In this document: one piece after another, positions 41,672 to 51,436 of the stretch
How the letters are laid out: each line of letters opens with the position of its first letter
Numbering within the stretch: position 1 is the first letter of the stretch
Source of the DNA: an uncultured Bacteroidaceae bacterium
GTDB lineage: Bacteria > Bacteroidota > Bacteroidia > Bacteroidales > GCA-2748055
DNA length: 64,000 bases
Direction of reading: 5' to 3'
Assembly: GCA_964539395.1 (NCBI GenBank)
Contig: CAZIIU010000003.1
Span: 24,353 to 88,352 of the forward strand
The notes under the pieces: model-generated
Seen by the model: the letters and a program-made list of their open reading frames with translations, nothing else
The model's database searches: none
Told to the model about the DNA's origin: nothing
Made by a program: the position numbers and the translations under genes

Positions 41672-42460
41672 ATGATGAATTTTGAACTACCGTATATTCC
41701 CGACAGAACCACCAAACCCCGGGAAACCGGACTAACAATGATGATGGATAAAGGCCTCAGTATGAAAGAGGCGGAGGCATTTTGCGAATCAAGTGCCCCA
41801 TTTACCGACCTTGTGAAATTCGGATTTGGAACTGCCCTGATTGCTAAAAATCTAAAAGAAAAAATAAAACTCTACCGCGATGCAGGTGTAGAGCCCTATT
41901 TCGGGGGAACGCTATTTGAGATGTTCGCAGTAAGGAGATTGCTGGACGACTATCAGCGGTTCGTGGACAAGTTCGGCATCACGACGATCGAGATTTCCGA
42001 CGGCTCCATGAAAATCGACGCGGATGAAAAGGTACAGTTGATACAGCGATTCGCCGCAGGCAAACGGGTGTTGTCTGAGGTCGGAACAAAGGTGAAAGGT
42101 GTCATTATTCCCAACAGCGACTGGGTAAAGAATATGAAAACAGAGCTGGAGGCTGGTGCATGGAAGGTGATCGCTGAAGCAAGAGAATCGGGGACAATTG
42201 GAATCTATAATGCCGATGGATCGGCTAACAGGGAGCTGATTGACACTATTATAAAAGAGATATCCGTTGATGATGTTTTGTGGGAAGCCCCGATAAAGGC
42301 ACAGCAGGTGATGTTCATCCAAATGGTGGGAGCCAATGTCAACCTTGGCAACATCGCCCCCGGCGAGGTGTTTTCTATGGAGGCATTGCGGCTGGGGATG
42401 CGTGGAGATACATTTTTTGACTTCCTTCCTGCTGAATACCAGGACAAACGGCAACAATGA
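41672..42460 (+). CDS. comA: Phosphosulfolactate synthase (ComA family)
   Basis: The motifs PRETGLTMMMDKG, DLVKFGFGT, YFGGTLFE and IEISDG are typical of (2R)-phospho-3-sulfolactate synthase. Confidence 0.78.
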   Translation: MMNFELPYIPDRTTKPRETGLTMMMDKGLSMKEAEAFCESSAPFTDLVKFGFGTALIAKNLKEKIKLYRDAGVEPYFGGTLFEMFAVRRLLDDYQRFVDKFGITTIEISDGSMKIDADEKVQLIQRFAAGKRVLSEVGTKVKGVIIPNSDWVKNMKTELEAGAWKVIAEARESGTIGIYNADGSANRELIDTIIKEISVDDVLWEAPIKAQQVMFIQMVGANVNLGNIAPGEVFSMEALRLGMRGDTFFDFLPAEYQDKRQQ

Positions 42461-42559
42461 TTGTTTTATCGAATGGTCCCGGGGTAGTCTGAAGGACAAT
42501 AAAACAGATAAATTGAACATCATACCATAACCATCACCTTATTTTCAATTTTTATATCC

Positions 42560-43483
42560 GTGAAAAGAACACTGAAGAACTATCTTCTCATAGTATTAAA
42601 AGGAACCGGCATGGGAGCAGCGGATGTTGTTCCCGGCGTTTCCGGGGGTACTATTGCTTTTATTACAGGGATTTATGAAGAGCTGATCCACTCGATCAAT
42701 TCGATCAACGCGAAGGCAATCCAACTGTTTTTCTTCGGCAGATGGCGATCATTCTGGAAACATATAAACGGAAATTTTCTTCTGGCCGTTTTCGCAGGAA
42801 TATTTACAGCTGTTGTATCACTGGCACGATTGCTGGAGCATCTGCTGGAAACACAACCGGTGCTGATCTGGTCGTTCTTTTTCGGATTGATCCTTATCTC
42901 TTCATGGGTGGTGGCACGAAGAATCAGGCATTGGAACTTTTCCAGGGTAGTAGCACTCATTGGCGGTATCGCTATCGCATTTTTTATTACAAGTGTCACC
43001 CCTGCCGAGACAACCGACGCTGCCTGGTTCATTATTCTTTCAGGTGTTCTGGCCAGCTGTGCGATGATCCTGCCGGGTATCTCCGGAAGTTTCATCCTCC
43101 TGCTGCTGGGCAAATATGCTTTTGCGCTAAACGCAGTGAATGAGGCCGACCTCGGTGTGATCTTCCTGCTTGGAATTGGTGCAGTTATTGGGTTGCTCAG
43201 CCTGTCGAAACTTCTTTCATGGCTGTTCAGAAAATATCATGACGGTACCGTGGCCATACTCGCCGGATTTATGATCGGATCCCTGAACAAGATATGGCCC
43301 TGGAAAGAGACTGTTGAAACCGTGGTCATCGAAGGCATTGAAAAACCGCTCTTACAGAAGAATGTTCTTCCCGTCCCTTCAGATCCGGGCGATCAGCTGG
43401 CGCTGGCAATAATAATGATGCTGCTTGGCACTGGGCTTATCCTGCTGTTTGAGCTGGCATTCAGGAGTAAAGAGGGATACTGA
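42560..43483 (+). CDS. DUF368-family membrane protein (polyprenyl-phosphate transporter-like)
   Basis: The paired motifs GAADVVPGVSGGTIAF and ILPGISGSFILLLLG are characteristic of DUF368. The start codon is GTG. Confidence 0.8.
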   Translation: MKRTLKNYLLIVLKGTGMGAADVVPGVSGGTIAFITGIYEELIHSINSINAKAIQLFFFGRWRSFWKHINGNFLLAVFAGIFTAVVSLARLLEHLLETQPVLIWSFFFGLILISSWVVARRIRHWNFSRVVALIGGIAIAFFITSVTPAETTDAAWFIILSGVLASCAMILPGISGSFILLLLGKYAFALNAVNEADLGVIFLLGIGAVIGLLSLSKLLSWLFRKYHDGTVAILAGFMIGSLNKIWPWKETVETVVIEGIEKPLLQKNVLPVPSDPGDQLALAIIMMLLGTGLILLFELAFRSKEGY

Positions 43484-43546
43484 TTTTTGGTTCTTTGTTA
43501 AAAGATCGCATATTTGTGCAGGATTTTAACCTTTTATATCATAGGT

Positions 43547-44293
43547 ATGAGAAAATTTGGACTGATCGGTTACCCGCTTGGACATTCGTTTTCCAAAAAA
43601 TATTTTACAGAGAAATTCAAAAGGGAAGGAATTGATAATGCGGTGTATGACATCTATCCGATTGAAGATATTACACTGTTCGATTCACTTTATAAAGGCG
43701 ATCCCGATCTCAAGGGGCTGAATGTGACCATCCCGTACAAGGAGAGCATCGTTCCTTACCTGGATGTGCTGAGCGAAGATGCCAGGAACATCGGTGCGGT
43801 GAATACGGTATGTCTCTGCACAAAAACCGGCAGGCTGGTGAAAGTAGGGCATAATACCGACGTTCCCGGGTTCAGGAAATCGCTCACGGAGCAAATGAAA
43901 GCTGCACCAAAGCAGGCATTGGTGCTGGGAACCGGCGGGTCGTCGAAGGCGGTGGTGTATGTACTGGAGAAGATGGGGACAAAGGTGATACGCGTGTCGA
44001 GCTCAGGCAAAGAGAAGGCTATCGGTTATGGTGAGCTCACAAACGGCTTGGTGAAAAGCTCGGAGCTGATCGTTAATACCACTCCGCTGGGGATGGAACC
44101 GGAAACCGATACTTTTCCACAGATTCCCTATGACGCCCTGACCTCCGACCATCTGCTGTTCGACCTGGTGTATAACCCGGCAGTTACCAGGTTTATGCAG
44201 ATGGGCAGAAACCACGGTGCCAGCGCAGTGAACGGTTATAATATGCTCGTTTACCAGGCCGAAGAGTCCTGGGAGATCTGGAACAGGAAATAG
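43547..44293 (+). CDS. aroE: Shikimate dehydrogenase
   Basis: The motifs GLIGYPLGHSFS, NVTIPYKE, GAVNT and LGTGGSSKAV are present. The start is placed at the ATG at 43547. Confidence 0.9.
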   Translation: MRKFGLIGYPLGHSFSKKYFTEKFKREGIDNAVYDIYPIEDITLFDSLYKGDPDLKGLNVTIPYKESIVPYLDVLSEDARNIGAVNTVCLCTKTGRLVKVGHNTDVPGFRKSLTEQMKAAPKQALVLGTGGSSKAVVYVLEKMGTKVIRVSSSGKEKAIGYGELTNGLVKSSELIVNTTPLGMEPETDTFPQIPYDALTSDHLLFDLVYNPAVTRFMQMGRNHGASAVNGYNMLVYQAEESWEIWNRK

Positions 44294-44299
44294 CTCCAT

Positions 44300-45040
44300 T
44301 TACCGCTCATACCCTACATCCACCAGAAACAGTCCTTTTGCCGGCACACTCATGCCTGCGCTACTGCGATCACCGGCTTCGATCACTTCCCTGATTTCTT
44401 CAGGCTCCATCTTTCCGCTGCCGATTTCAATCATCGTTCCCACGACAGAACGCACCATATTGCGTAAAAACCGGTCGGCCCTGATCGTGAATTCGTATCC
44501 GTCATCGTGTCCGGTCCATACCGCCTCCATAATCCTGCAATTGTTGGTTTTTACATCAGTATGTAACTTGCTAAAGCTGGTAAAATCCTTGTATTCCTTG
44601 AGGATTGCACATGCTGCGTTCATCCTGTCCACATCCAGATCAGCATAATAGTAGTAACAGAATGGCCGGTTGAAAAGAGGTTTTGTCCGCCTGATCACGT
44701 AGACATACTGCCGGTATGTAGCCGAAAATCTTGCATGCATCCGATCATCCACCTTTGAGATTGAACGTACCGCAATATCATCCGGCAAATATCCATTGAG
44801 CCTGAATACAAGGTCCTCCTGCAGCTCGACAGCTTCTGTATCGCTATCGAAATGAGCAACAAAATAGGAGGCATGAACTCCGGTATCGGTTCTGCCGCAA
44901 CCGGTAAGAGCTATATCCTCCTTTAAGAGAGTGGCGAAAGCCTTTTCGAGGGTCTGCTGCACACTGACGGCATTGGGTTGTGCCTGCCAGCCATGATAGG
45001 CAGTTCCGTCGTACGCTAATTCAATAAAGTAACGCGCCAT
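44300..45040 (-). CDS. truA: tRNA pseudouridine(38-40) synthase
   Basis: MARYFIELAYDGTAYHGWQ is present, and the catalytic Asp lies in GCGRTDTGVHA. The start is placed at the ATG at 45040. Confidence 0.92.
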   Translation of the reverse strand: MARYFIELAYDGTAYHGWQAQPNAVSVQQTLEKAFATLLKEDIALTGCGRTDTGVHASYFVAHFDSDTEAVELQEDLVFRLNGYLPDDIAVRSISKVDDRMHARFSATYRQYVYVIRRTKPLFNRPFCYYYYADLDVDRMNAACAILKEYKDFTSFSKLHTDVKTNNCRIMEAVWTGHDDGYEFTIRADRFLRNMVRSVVGTMIEIGSGKMEPEEIREVIEAGDRSSAGMSVPAKGLFLVDVGYER

Positions 45041-45196
45041 TAAACTGTTTTTTACCAAATCGCAAAATAAATAAAATTCGCGAGGGAATATATAATTCCG
45101 GTGGTTAACAATTTTTAACACCCCCCTGTACGGAAATGTGGAAGACCGGTTTATTTTTGTATTCCGTAAAAAACATGATAATCTAATTGGTACTTT

Positions 45197-46192
45197 ATGA
45201 GTGATTCAGTGAATATCAAGGAGCTAAATGAGCGGATCAGGCAGGAGAGTGAGTTTGTTGACCTGGTCACGATGGAGATGCACAAAGTGATCGTCGGGCA
45301 GAAAAACCTGATTGAACGGTTGTTGATCGGACTTTTATCAGACGGACATATCCTCCTGGAAGGAGTCCCCGGTCTGGCGAAAACATTGGCAATCAGCACT
45401 CTGTCGAGTATTATAGATGCAAGGTTCAGCCGGATCCAGTTTACGCCCGACCTGTTGCCGGCAGATTTGCTGGGAACGATGATCTATAGTCAGAAGAAGG
45501 AGGAGTTTGTTGTGAAGAAGGGACCGATTTTTGCCAACCTGATTCTCGCCGACGAGATCAACAGGTCGCCAGCCAAGGTGCAGTCGGCACTGCTGGAATC
45601 TATGCAGGAGAAGCAGGTAACCATCGGGGAGCAAACTTACCCGCTGGAGCGACCTTTCCTGGTGCTGGCAACACAGAACCCGCTTGAACAGGAGGGAACC
45701 TACCCGTTACCCGAGGCTCAGCTCGACAGGTTCATGTTGAAAGTGATCGTTGGATACCCGGGAAAGGAAGATGAGCGGATGATTGTTCGTGAGAACCTGG
45801 GAATGGTATTTCCGAAGCCCAATACCATTTTGAAACCCTCCGACATCATGCAGGCACGGGAGGTTGTAAAGGAGGTCTACATGGATGAGAAGATCGAAAA
45901 CTATATACTGGATATCGTTTTTGCAACCCGTTATCCCGACAAGGCAGGTTTGGCACAGTATGTGTCCATGATCCAGTATGGTGGGTCACCACGTGCAAGC
46001 ATTAATATGGCAAAAGCTGCAAAGGCTTATGCTTTTATAAAAAGACGTGGTTATGTCGTGCCGGAGGATGTGAGGGCAGTCTGTCATGATGTACTGCGGC
46101 ACAGAATCGGGCTGACCTATGAGGCAGAAGCGGAAAATATTACAACGGAGCAGGTTATCTCCGAAATACTGAATAATGTTGAAGTGCCATAA
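45197..46192 (+). CDS. MoxR-family AAA+ ATPase
   Basis: It has the Walker A motif GVPGLAKT and the Walker B motif LILADEINR. The C-terminal lid is typical of MoxR. It is the first gene of the Bat-type operon. Confidence 0.9.
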   Translation: MSDSVNIKELNERIRQESEFVDLVTMEMHKVIVGQKNLIERLLIGLLSDGHILLEGVPGLAKTLAISTLSSIIDARFSRIQFTPDLLPADLLGTMIYSQKKEEFVVKKGPIFANLILADEINRSPAKVQSALLESMQEKQVTIGEQTYPLERPFLVLATQNPLEQEGTYPLPEAQLDRFMLKVIVGYPGKEDERMIVRENLGMVFPKPNTILKPSDIMQAREVVKEVYMDEKIENYILDIVFATRYPDKAGLAQYVSMIQYGGSPRASINMAKAAKAYAFIKRRGYVVPEDVRAVCHDVLRHRIGLTYEAEAENITTEQVISEILNNVEVP

Positions 46193-46195
46193 TCA

Positions 46196-46621
46196 ATGTT
46201 GCTGAGAACGGTCATACTGCTTTTACTGATCTTCCTGTCTGCAAAAGGATGGGGACAGGATGTGCTGTTGATCGGGATGACAAAAGAGGAGGTGCAGGAC
46301 CTGGTGAAAAAGGAGTACAGAGATTTCGCTACTGATAACAGCATCGTAAAGCAGCAGTTTAATTACCTGAAATATGTGAACGGAAGACAAACCGTTACAT
46401 GGATCATCTATTTCTCAGATGATGATATATGCTCATCTGCAAAGAAGGTGTGCGACTATACCGAGTATGATTTCGTTCTGGATGAATTGAATAGCTCCTG
46501 CAACAGGATTGATAAGCATACTTGGAAATGCCGGTCCGGTAGACAGGATTATCTGGTCTCAATGGCTGAACACGACTGGTATTTTACTTTGCAGCAGCGG
46601 CTGGCGGAAAAACAGAAATGA
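46196..46621 (+). CDS. Small secreted Cys-containing hypothetical protein
   Basis: The ORF is 141 aa with the signal peptide MLLRTVILLLLIFLSAKGWGQ. It is inserted between the moxR and DUF58 genes. Confidence 0.5.
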   Translation: MLLRTVILLLLIFLSAKGWGQDVLLIGMTKEEVQDLVKKEYRDFATDNSIVKQQFNYLKYVNGRQTVTWIIYFSDDDICSSAKKVCDYTEYDFVLDELNSSCNRIDKHTWKCRSGRQDYLVSMAEHDWYFTLQQRLAEKQK

Positions 46622-46625
46622 ATTT

Positions 46626-47507
46626 GTGGAAGTGGTGAAAGAGCATACAGAACTTCTGAAAAAGGTTAGAAAAATTGAGATCAAATCGCGTGGTCTCACC
46701 CGGCAGGTTTTTGCCGGACAATATCACAGTGCCTTTAAAGGAAAAGGGATGACCTTTTCTGAGGTGCGGGAATACCAGTATGGCGACGATATCAGGGCGA
46801 TCGACTGGAATGTGACCGCCCGGTTTCACCATCCCTACATCAAGGTTCATGAGGAGGAGCGCGAACTTACAGTCATGCTCCTGATCGATGTCAGCGGATC
46901 GGGCGATTTTGGTACCCGTTCACAGCTGAAAAAGGACCTGATCACCGAAGTGGCGGCAGTGCTTTCCTTTTCAGCCATCGACAACAATGATAAGATCGGT
47001 GTGATCCTGTTTAGCAACCGTATCGAGAAGTTTATTCCACCGCACAAAGGAAGGAAACATATTCTGCGAATTATCAGGGAACTACTCGAGTTTACGCCGG
47101 AAAGCAGCGGTACTGATATATCGGAGTGCCTCAGGTACCTTACAAATGTGATCAAAAAGCGTTGTACTGCATTTTTAATATCCGATTTCAGGGATACCGG
47201 TTACGCTCGCTCATTGCAGGTTGCCAATAACAAACATGATATTGTAGCATTGCATGTCTTTGATCGCAGGGAGCGTGAGCTGCCCAGGGCGGGACTGATC
47301 CGTATAAGGGATAATGAAACGGGCAGGGAACGATGGGTTGATACCGGTATTGCAAGGGTGCGTGAACAATATGCATTAAAATGGAGAAGCCATCACGATA
47401 TGATGTACGATATATTCAGAAAATCGGGGGTGGATACGGTTGAACTGGAAACGGGAAGTGACTATGTGCCACCATTGATCAAACTGTTTAAAAGGAGGGG
47501 ACAATGA
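46626..47507 (+). CDS. DUF58-domain protein (MoxR-associated, VWA-like)
   Basis: The motifs GKGMTFSEVREYQYGDDIRAIDWNVTAR and LIDVSGS are present. The start is approximate: GTG at 46626, just after the upstream stop. Confidence 0.85.
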   Translation: MEVVKEHTELLKKVRKIEIKSRGLTRQVFAGQYHSAFKGKGMTFSEVREYQYGDDIRAIDWNVTARFHHPYIKVHEEERELTVMLLIDVSGSGDFGTRSQLKKDLITEVAAVLSFSAIDNNDKIGVILFSNRIEKFIPPHKGRKHILRIIRELLEFTPESSGTDISECLRYLTNVIKKRCTAFLISDFRDTGYARSLQVANNKHDIVALHVFDRRERELPRAGLIRIRDNETGRERWVDTGIARVREQYALKWRSHHDMMYDIFRKSGVDTVELETGSDYVPPLIKLFKRRGQ

Positions 47508-48526
47508 TCTTATTCAGAACAACCATATGCTTCTTATTCCTTCTTCCGGCTCATTTTGTCATGGCACAGCTGGTGACTGTCAGGGGCAGTTTTGGTGCCG
47601 ACTCTGCAATGATTGGTGAACAGATAATTTACAGAATTACTGTTGAATCGGCGGATGACGTTCAAATCAGTCTGCCCGTCTATTCCGATACCCTTTCAAG
47701 GGGGATTGAGATCCTGAAGGCCTCTGAAATTGATACTGCATTCAGCGAAGGGAAGCGGGTTATTTCAAGGGAATACCTTGTAACCAGCTTCGAACCCGGA
47801 TGGAACACGGTTCCACCGCAACCTGTTGCTTTTAAGGCATCCGGACTGGAAGATACAGTTTATACAACAACCCTGCTGCTCACCGTGCTTGCACCGGATG
47901 TAGACCCCGCTCAACCGATTAAACCGATCAAACCCCCGGTAAATACACCGCTTTCCCTGGTTGAGATTCTTCCCTGGCTGTTGTATGGATATGGTGCAGT
48001 TTTAGTCGTGGCAGCCCTGGTGCTTCTTGTCTGGTATTATACCAGAAAAAATAAGCATCCTGAAGAATTTTCCGCACATCCGCCGGAACCCGCCCATCTG
48101 GTTGCCTTTCGCGATCTGCAGCAGCTGGAAAGGGATGAACTGCCGAAGAAGGGGATGATTAAAGAGTACTATACCCGCCTTACAGAGATCATCAGGCTAT
48201 ATATTACCCGCCAATTTGAAATCCAGGCAATGGAGCTTACAACCCTGGAAATTCTGGAAGCATTTGCTGCCAGGACCTTCCTGGATCGTGAATTGCTGCT
48301 GCTGCTCGAAAAGCTCCTGGTACTGGCCGACCTGGTGAAATTTGCCAAAGAGGACCCGACACACGAGGAAAATGTGATGCACATGCGCAGTGCTGTCAGT
48401 TTTGTTGAGCGAACGCACAGGTTGTTTCTAGCTGAGGATAACCGGAACAAAGAACCGGGTGAAGAAGATAAAGTGGCCATGGAAGACGAAGTTGAACTTG
48501 TAAAGCAGGAAGAAAAAAATGGATAG
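47504..48526 (+). CDS. Bat-operon membrane protein (signal peptide, one central TM helix, helical C-terminal half)
   Basis: The protein is 340 aa. It occupies the position between the DUF58 and BatA genes, a slot I recall being filled by a shorter DUF4381-type protein in other Bacteroidota Bat operons (not checked). Confidence 0.6.
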   Translation: MILFRTTICFLFLLPAHFVMAQLVTVRGSFGADSAMIGEQIIYRITVESADDVQISLPVYSDTLSRGIEILKASEIDTAFSEGKRVISREYLVTSFEPGWNTVPPQPVAFKASGLEDTVYTTTLLLTVLAPDVDPAQPIKPIKPPVNTPLSLVEILPWLLYGYGAVLVVAALVLLVWYYTRKNKHPEEFSAHPPEPAHLVAFRDLQQLERDELPKKGMIKEYYTRLTEIIRLYITRQFEIQAMELTTLEILEAFAARTFLDRELLLLLEKLLVLADLVKFAKEDPTHEENVMHMRSAVSFVERTHRLFLAEDNRNKEPGEEDKVAMEDEVELVKQEEKNG

Positions 48527-49514
48527 TATCGTCTTTGCAAACCCCGGTTTTTTCTACCTCTTTATCAGTGTTTTACTGATGATCGCCTGGTACATTCTGC
48601 GGGGACGGAAGGCCACCGCAACCATGTCAGTTTCGGGGTTCGAGGGGTTTGATGAGAGATCTGCAGGATGGAGGGTACCTTTACGGCATGGCCTGTTTGT
48701 TCTGAGGATCATTGCAATTAGCCTCGTAATTATTGCTCTTGCCCGGCCACAGTCGACCAACAGGTGGGAGCAGGTTACTACAGAGGGGATCGATATCGTA
48801 ATGGCAATCGATATCTCAGGATCAATGCAGGCGATGGATTTTAAGCCCGACCGGCTTGCTGCAGCCAGGGAAGTTGGAATGGAGTTCATTGCCTCCAGGC
48901 CCAACGACCGGTTCGGATTAGTGGTTTTTGCCGGGGAAAGCTTTACCCAGTGTCCGCTTACAACCGATAAAGCAGTTGTTATCAACTTTCTGAATGAACT
49001 TGATTTCGGCATGGTTGAAGATGGCACGGCTATCGGTATGGGCCTTGCAACAGCTGTTAACAGGATCAGGGAAAGCAAAACGGAGAGCAAGGTGATTATC
49101 CTGCTCACTGATGGAGTGAACAACAGGGGTGAAATCGGACCGGTAACAGCTGCTGAACTTGCATCAACCTATGGCATACGCGTTTATACAATTGGAGTGG
49201 GGACACTTGGAACTGCACCTTTTCCTGTACAGGACATGTTCGGAAGGAGGGTGGTACAACAAATACAGGTGGAAATTGACGAGGAGGTGCTGAAAAAGAT
49301 TTCCGTGCTTACAGGAGGGAAGTATTTCCGGGCAACCGATAAAAATAAACTCCGGGATATCTACAGTGAGATCGATGTCATGGAGAAGACTCAGCTGGAT
49401 GTAAAACAGTTCAGCAAGAGAAAGGATGAGTATTTTCCGCTCCTGCTGGCTGCGATAATTCTTCTCGGCTTTGAAGTTGTTTTAAGGTATACATTGTTCA
49501 GAACAATACCGTGA
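48519..49514 (+). CDS. batA: VWA-domain membrane protein BatA
   Basis: An N-terminal TM helix is followed by the MIDAS motif DISGSM, a VWA fold and a C-terminal TM helix. Confidence 0.85.
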   Translation: MDSIVFANPGFFYLFISVLLMIAWYILRGRKATATMSVSGFEGFDERSAGWRVPLRHGLFVLRIIAISLVIIALARPQSTNRWEQVTTEGIDIVMAIDISGSMQAMDFKPDRLAAAREVGMEFIASRPNDRFGLVVFAGESFTQCPLTTDKAVVINFLNELDFGMVEDGTAIGMGLATAVNRIRESKTESKVIILLTDGVNNRGEIGPVTAAELASTYGIRVYTIGVGTLGTAPFPVQDMFGRRVVQQIQVEIDEEVLKKISVLTGGKYFRATDKNKLRDIYSEIDVMEKTQLDVKQFSKRKDEYFPLLLAAIILLGFEVVLRYTLFRTIP

Positions 49515-50563
49515 TGATGGAAGGATTGATGCAATTTGGTCATGAATACATGCTGTGGGGGTTACTGTTCCTGCCACTGGTCATATTTTTATACCTTCTC
49601 GCCCTTCAGCGCAGAAGAAAGGACCTGGATTTTTTTGGCGACAAGGAGTTAACAGGGTACCTGATGCCTGAGGCATCCATCTCTGCCTATCGCTGGAAAA
49701 TTTTTCTGGTGATTACAGGACTGGCATTGTTGATCACCGGAGCAGCCGGTCCGCGTGTTGGTTCAATGTTGAAGGAGGTTGAACAGAAGGGGAGGGAGGT
49801 AATCATCGCCCTTGATGTTTCCAACAGCATGCTTGCTGAGGATGTTAAGCCATCTCGCATCGAAAGGGCCAAACAATTAATAGGAAGAATGGTGGATGAT
49901 ATGAACAATGACAAAGTGGGACTGATCGTTTTTGCCGGTGATGCATATACGCAAATACCTATCACAGATGATTACCCCAGTGTAAAGATGTTTCTTTCAA
50001 CCACAGACCCCGGTATGGTGTCAAAACAAGGAACAGCAATCGGTACCGCCATAGAACTGGCAATCCGGTCGTTCCCCTCGGATGAGGCAGCTCTGGAAAA
50101 CGATGAAACAGTTAAAAACAAGGCAATCATCGTGATCACCGACGGTGAAAATCACGAGGATGATGCGGTTGCAGCTGCAAAGAAGGCTGAAGAAAATGGG
50201 ATAAAGGTGTTTACAATCGGGTTGGGGGATCCGGCCGGTGTGCCAATACCAGTGTCTCCGGGAAGCAGCGCTAAAAGGAGAAGCAAGGATGGTTCAGTAA
50301 TAGTGAGCAAGCTCAACGAAAAGCTGCTGATGGAGATTGCGGCTGCGGGAGATGGGGCCTATATCCCGGTTGGAAGGATCAGTAACCTGATGGATGAACT
50401 GGATAAATTACAGAAAACTGAGATGAAGAAAAAGGTCTATGCAGATTATGCAGAGCGTTACCAGTATTTTGCCGGATTCGGACTGCTGTTTCTAATCATC
50501 GAATCGATGGTTCAGTTAAGAAAGAACCCTTTGATCAGGAGACTTAACCTTTTTGGAAACTGA
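49511..50563 (+). CDS. batB: VWA-domain membrane protein BatB
   Basis: It has the MIDAS motif DVSNSM and a VWA fold flanked by TM helices. It is translationally coupled to batA. Confidence 0.85.
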   Translation: MMMEGLMQFGHEYMLWGLLFLPLVIFLYLLALQRRRKDLDFFGDKELTGYLMPEASISAYRWKIFLVITGLALLITGAAGPRVGSMLKEVEQKGREVIIALDVSNSMLAEDVKPSRIERAKQLIGRMVDDMNNDKVGLIVFAGDAYTQIPITDDYPSVKMFLSTTDPGMVSKQGTAIGTAIELAIRSFPSDEAALENDETVKNKAIIVITDGENHEDDAVAAAKKAEENGIKVFTIGLGDPAGVPIPVSPGSSAKRRSKDGSVIVSKLNEKLLMEIAAAGDGAYIPVGRISNLMDELDKLQKTEMKKKVYADYAERYQYFAGFGLLFLIIESMVQLRKNPLIRRLNLFGN

Positions 50564-50671
50564 TTTAGTGAATATGCCATGTTTAAAGATTACATGCATC
50601 CGAATGCAGACAGATCATATGAAACCATCCGTTGATGGCAGAGAATAATGAATGAAAACATAGATTGACTA

Positions 50672-51436
50672 GTGATGAGAATTGTATTAATAGTTATTTG
50701 CCTGATGATACCCCTTGTGCTGTCCGGACAAGAAGAACAGAAGTATATCAGGGAGGGCTATAAAGCATATATGGAGGAGGAATACAGCAATGCTGAGATT
50801 GAATTCAGAAAGGCAGAAGAGGCAAACAGGAACTCCTATATTGCTAAGTACAACACCTCCGCGGCACTTTACCAGCAAAAGCAGGTTGAAGAGGCCGGCA
50901 AGCGTTTTGCACAACTGATGGAAGAGACCACCGATCCTTCAGAGCAGGCCAAATTATTGCATAATATGGGAAATGTTTTTACCGAAGGGCAACAGTACAA
51001 GGAGGCAGTGGAAGCCTACAAGAGAAGCCTGAAACTGAATCCGGCTGATGCGGATACCCGTTATAACCTTGCCTATGCGCTGGATAAGCTGAAAGAGCAG
51101 GAACAGCAGCAGCAGAACCAGGATCAGGACAATCAGAAAGAGAACCAGGATCAGGACAATCAGCAGCAGCAAAACCAGGATCAGGACGATCAGCAGCAGG
51201 AAGATCAGAAAGAGAAGCAGGATGAGCAGCAAGAACAGGAGAAAGAGCAGGAGCAGAATCAGCAACAGCAGGAAGAGCAGGAGAAGGGACAGCCGGAACA
51301 GTCACAACAGGAGCTGAGCCAGGAAGAGGCCGAAAGGTTGCTGAACGCGATCCTTCAGAAAGAGAAGGAAATTAAAGAGGAGGTTGATAAAAAGAGGGCC
51401 CAGCAGGCAAAAATCAAAACCGATAAAGATTGGTAG
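50672..51436 (+). CDS. batC: TPR protein BatC with Q/D/E/N low-complexity tail
   Basis: Signal or TM sequence and TPR units are followed by about 70 aa of QNQDQDNQ-type repeats. Confidence 0.75.
   Translation: MMRIVLIVICLMIPLVLSGQEEQKYIREGYKAYMEEEYSNAEIEFRKAEEANRNSYIAKYNTSAALYQQKQVEEAGKRFAQLMEETTDPSEQAKLLHNMGNVFTEGQQYKEAVEAYKRSLKLNPADADTRYNLAYALDKLKEQEQQQQNQDQDNQKENQDQDNQQQQNQDQDDQQQEDQKEKQDEQQEQEKEQEQNQQQQEEQEKGQPEQSQQELSQEEAERLLNAILQKEKEIKEEVDKKRAQQAKIKTDKDW

Noticed and set aside
50954-51305. Leu-rich 103-aa and Pro/Ala-rich 108-aa ORFs that look like a membrane or structural protein
   Set aside because: They are antisense readings of the CAG/GAT/GAA-rich low-complexity tail of batC. This is a repeat-driven artefact.
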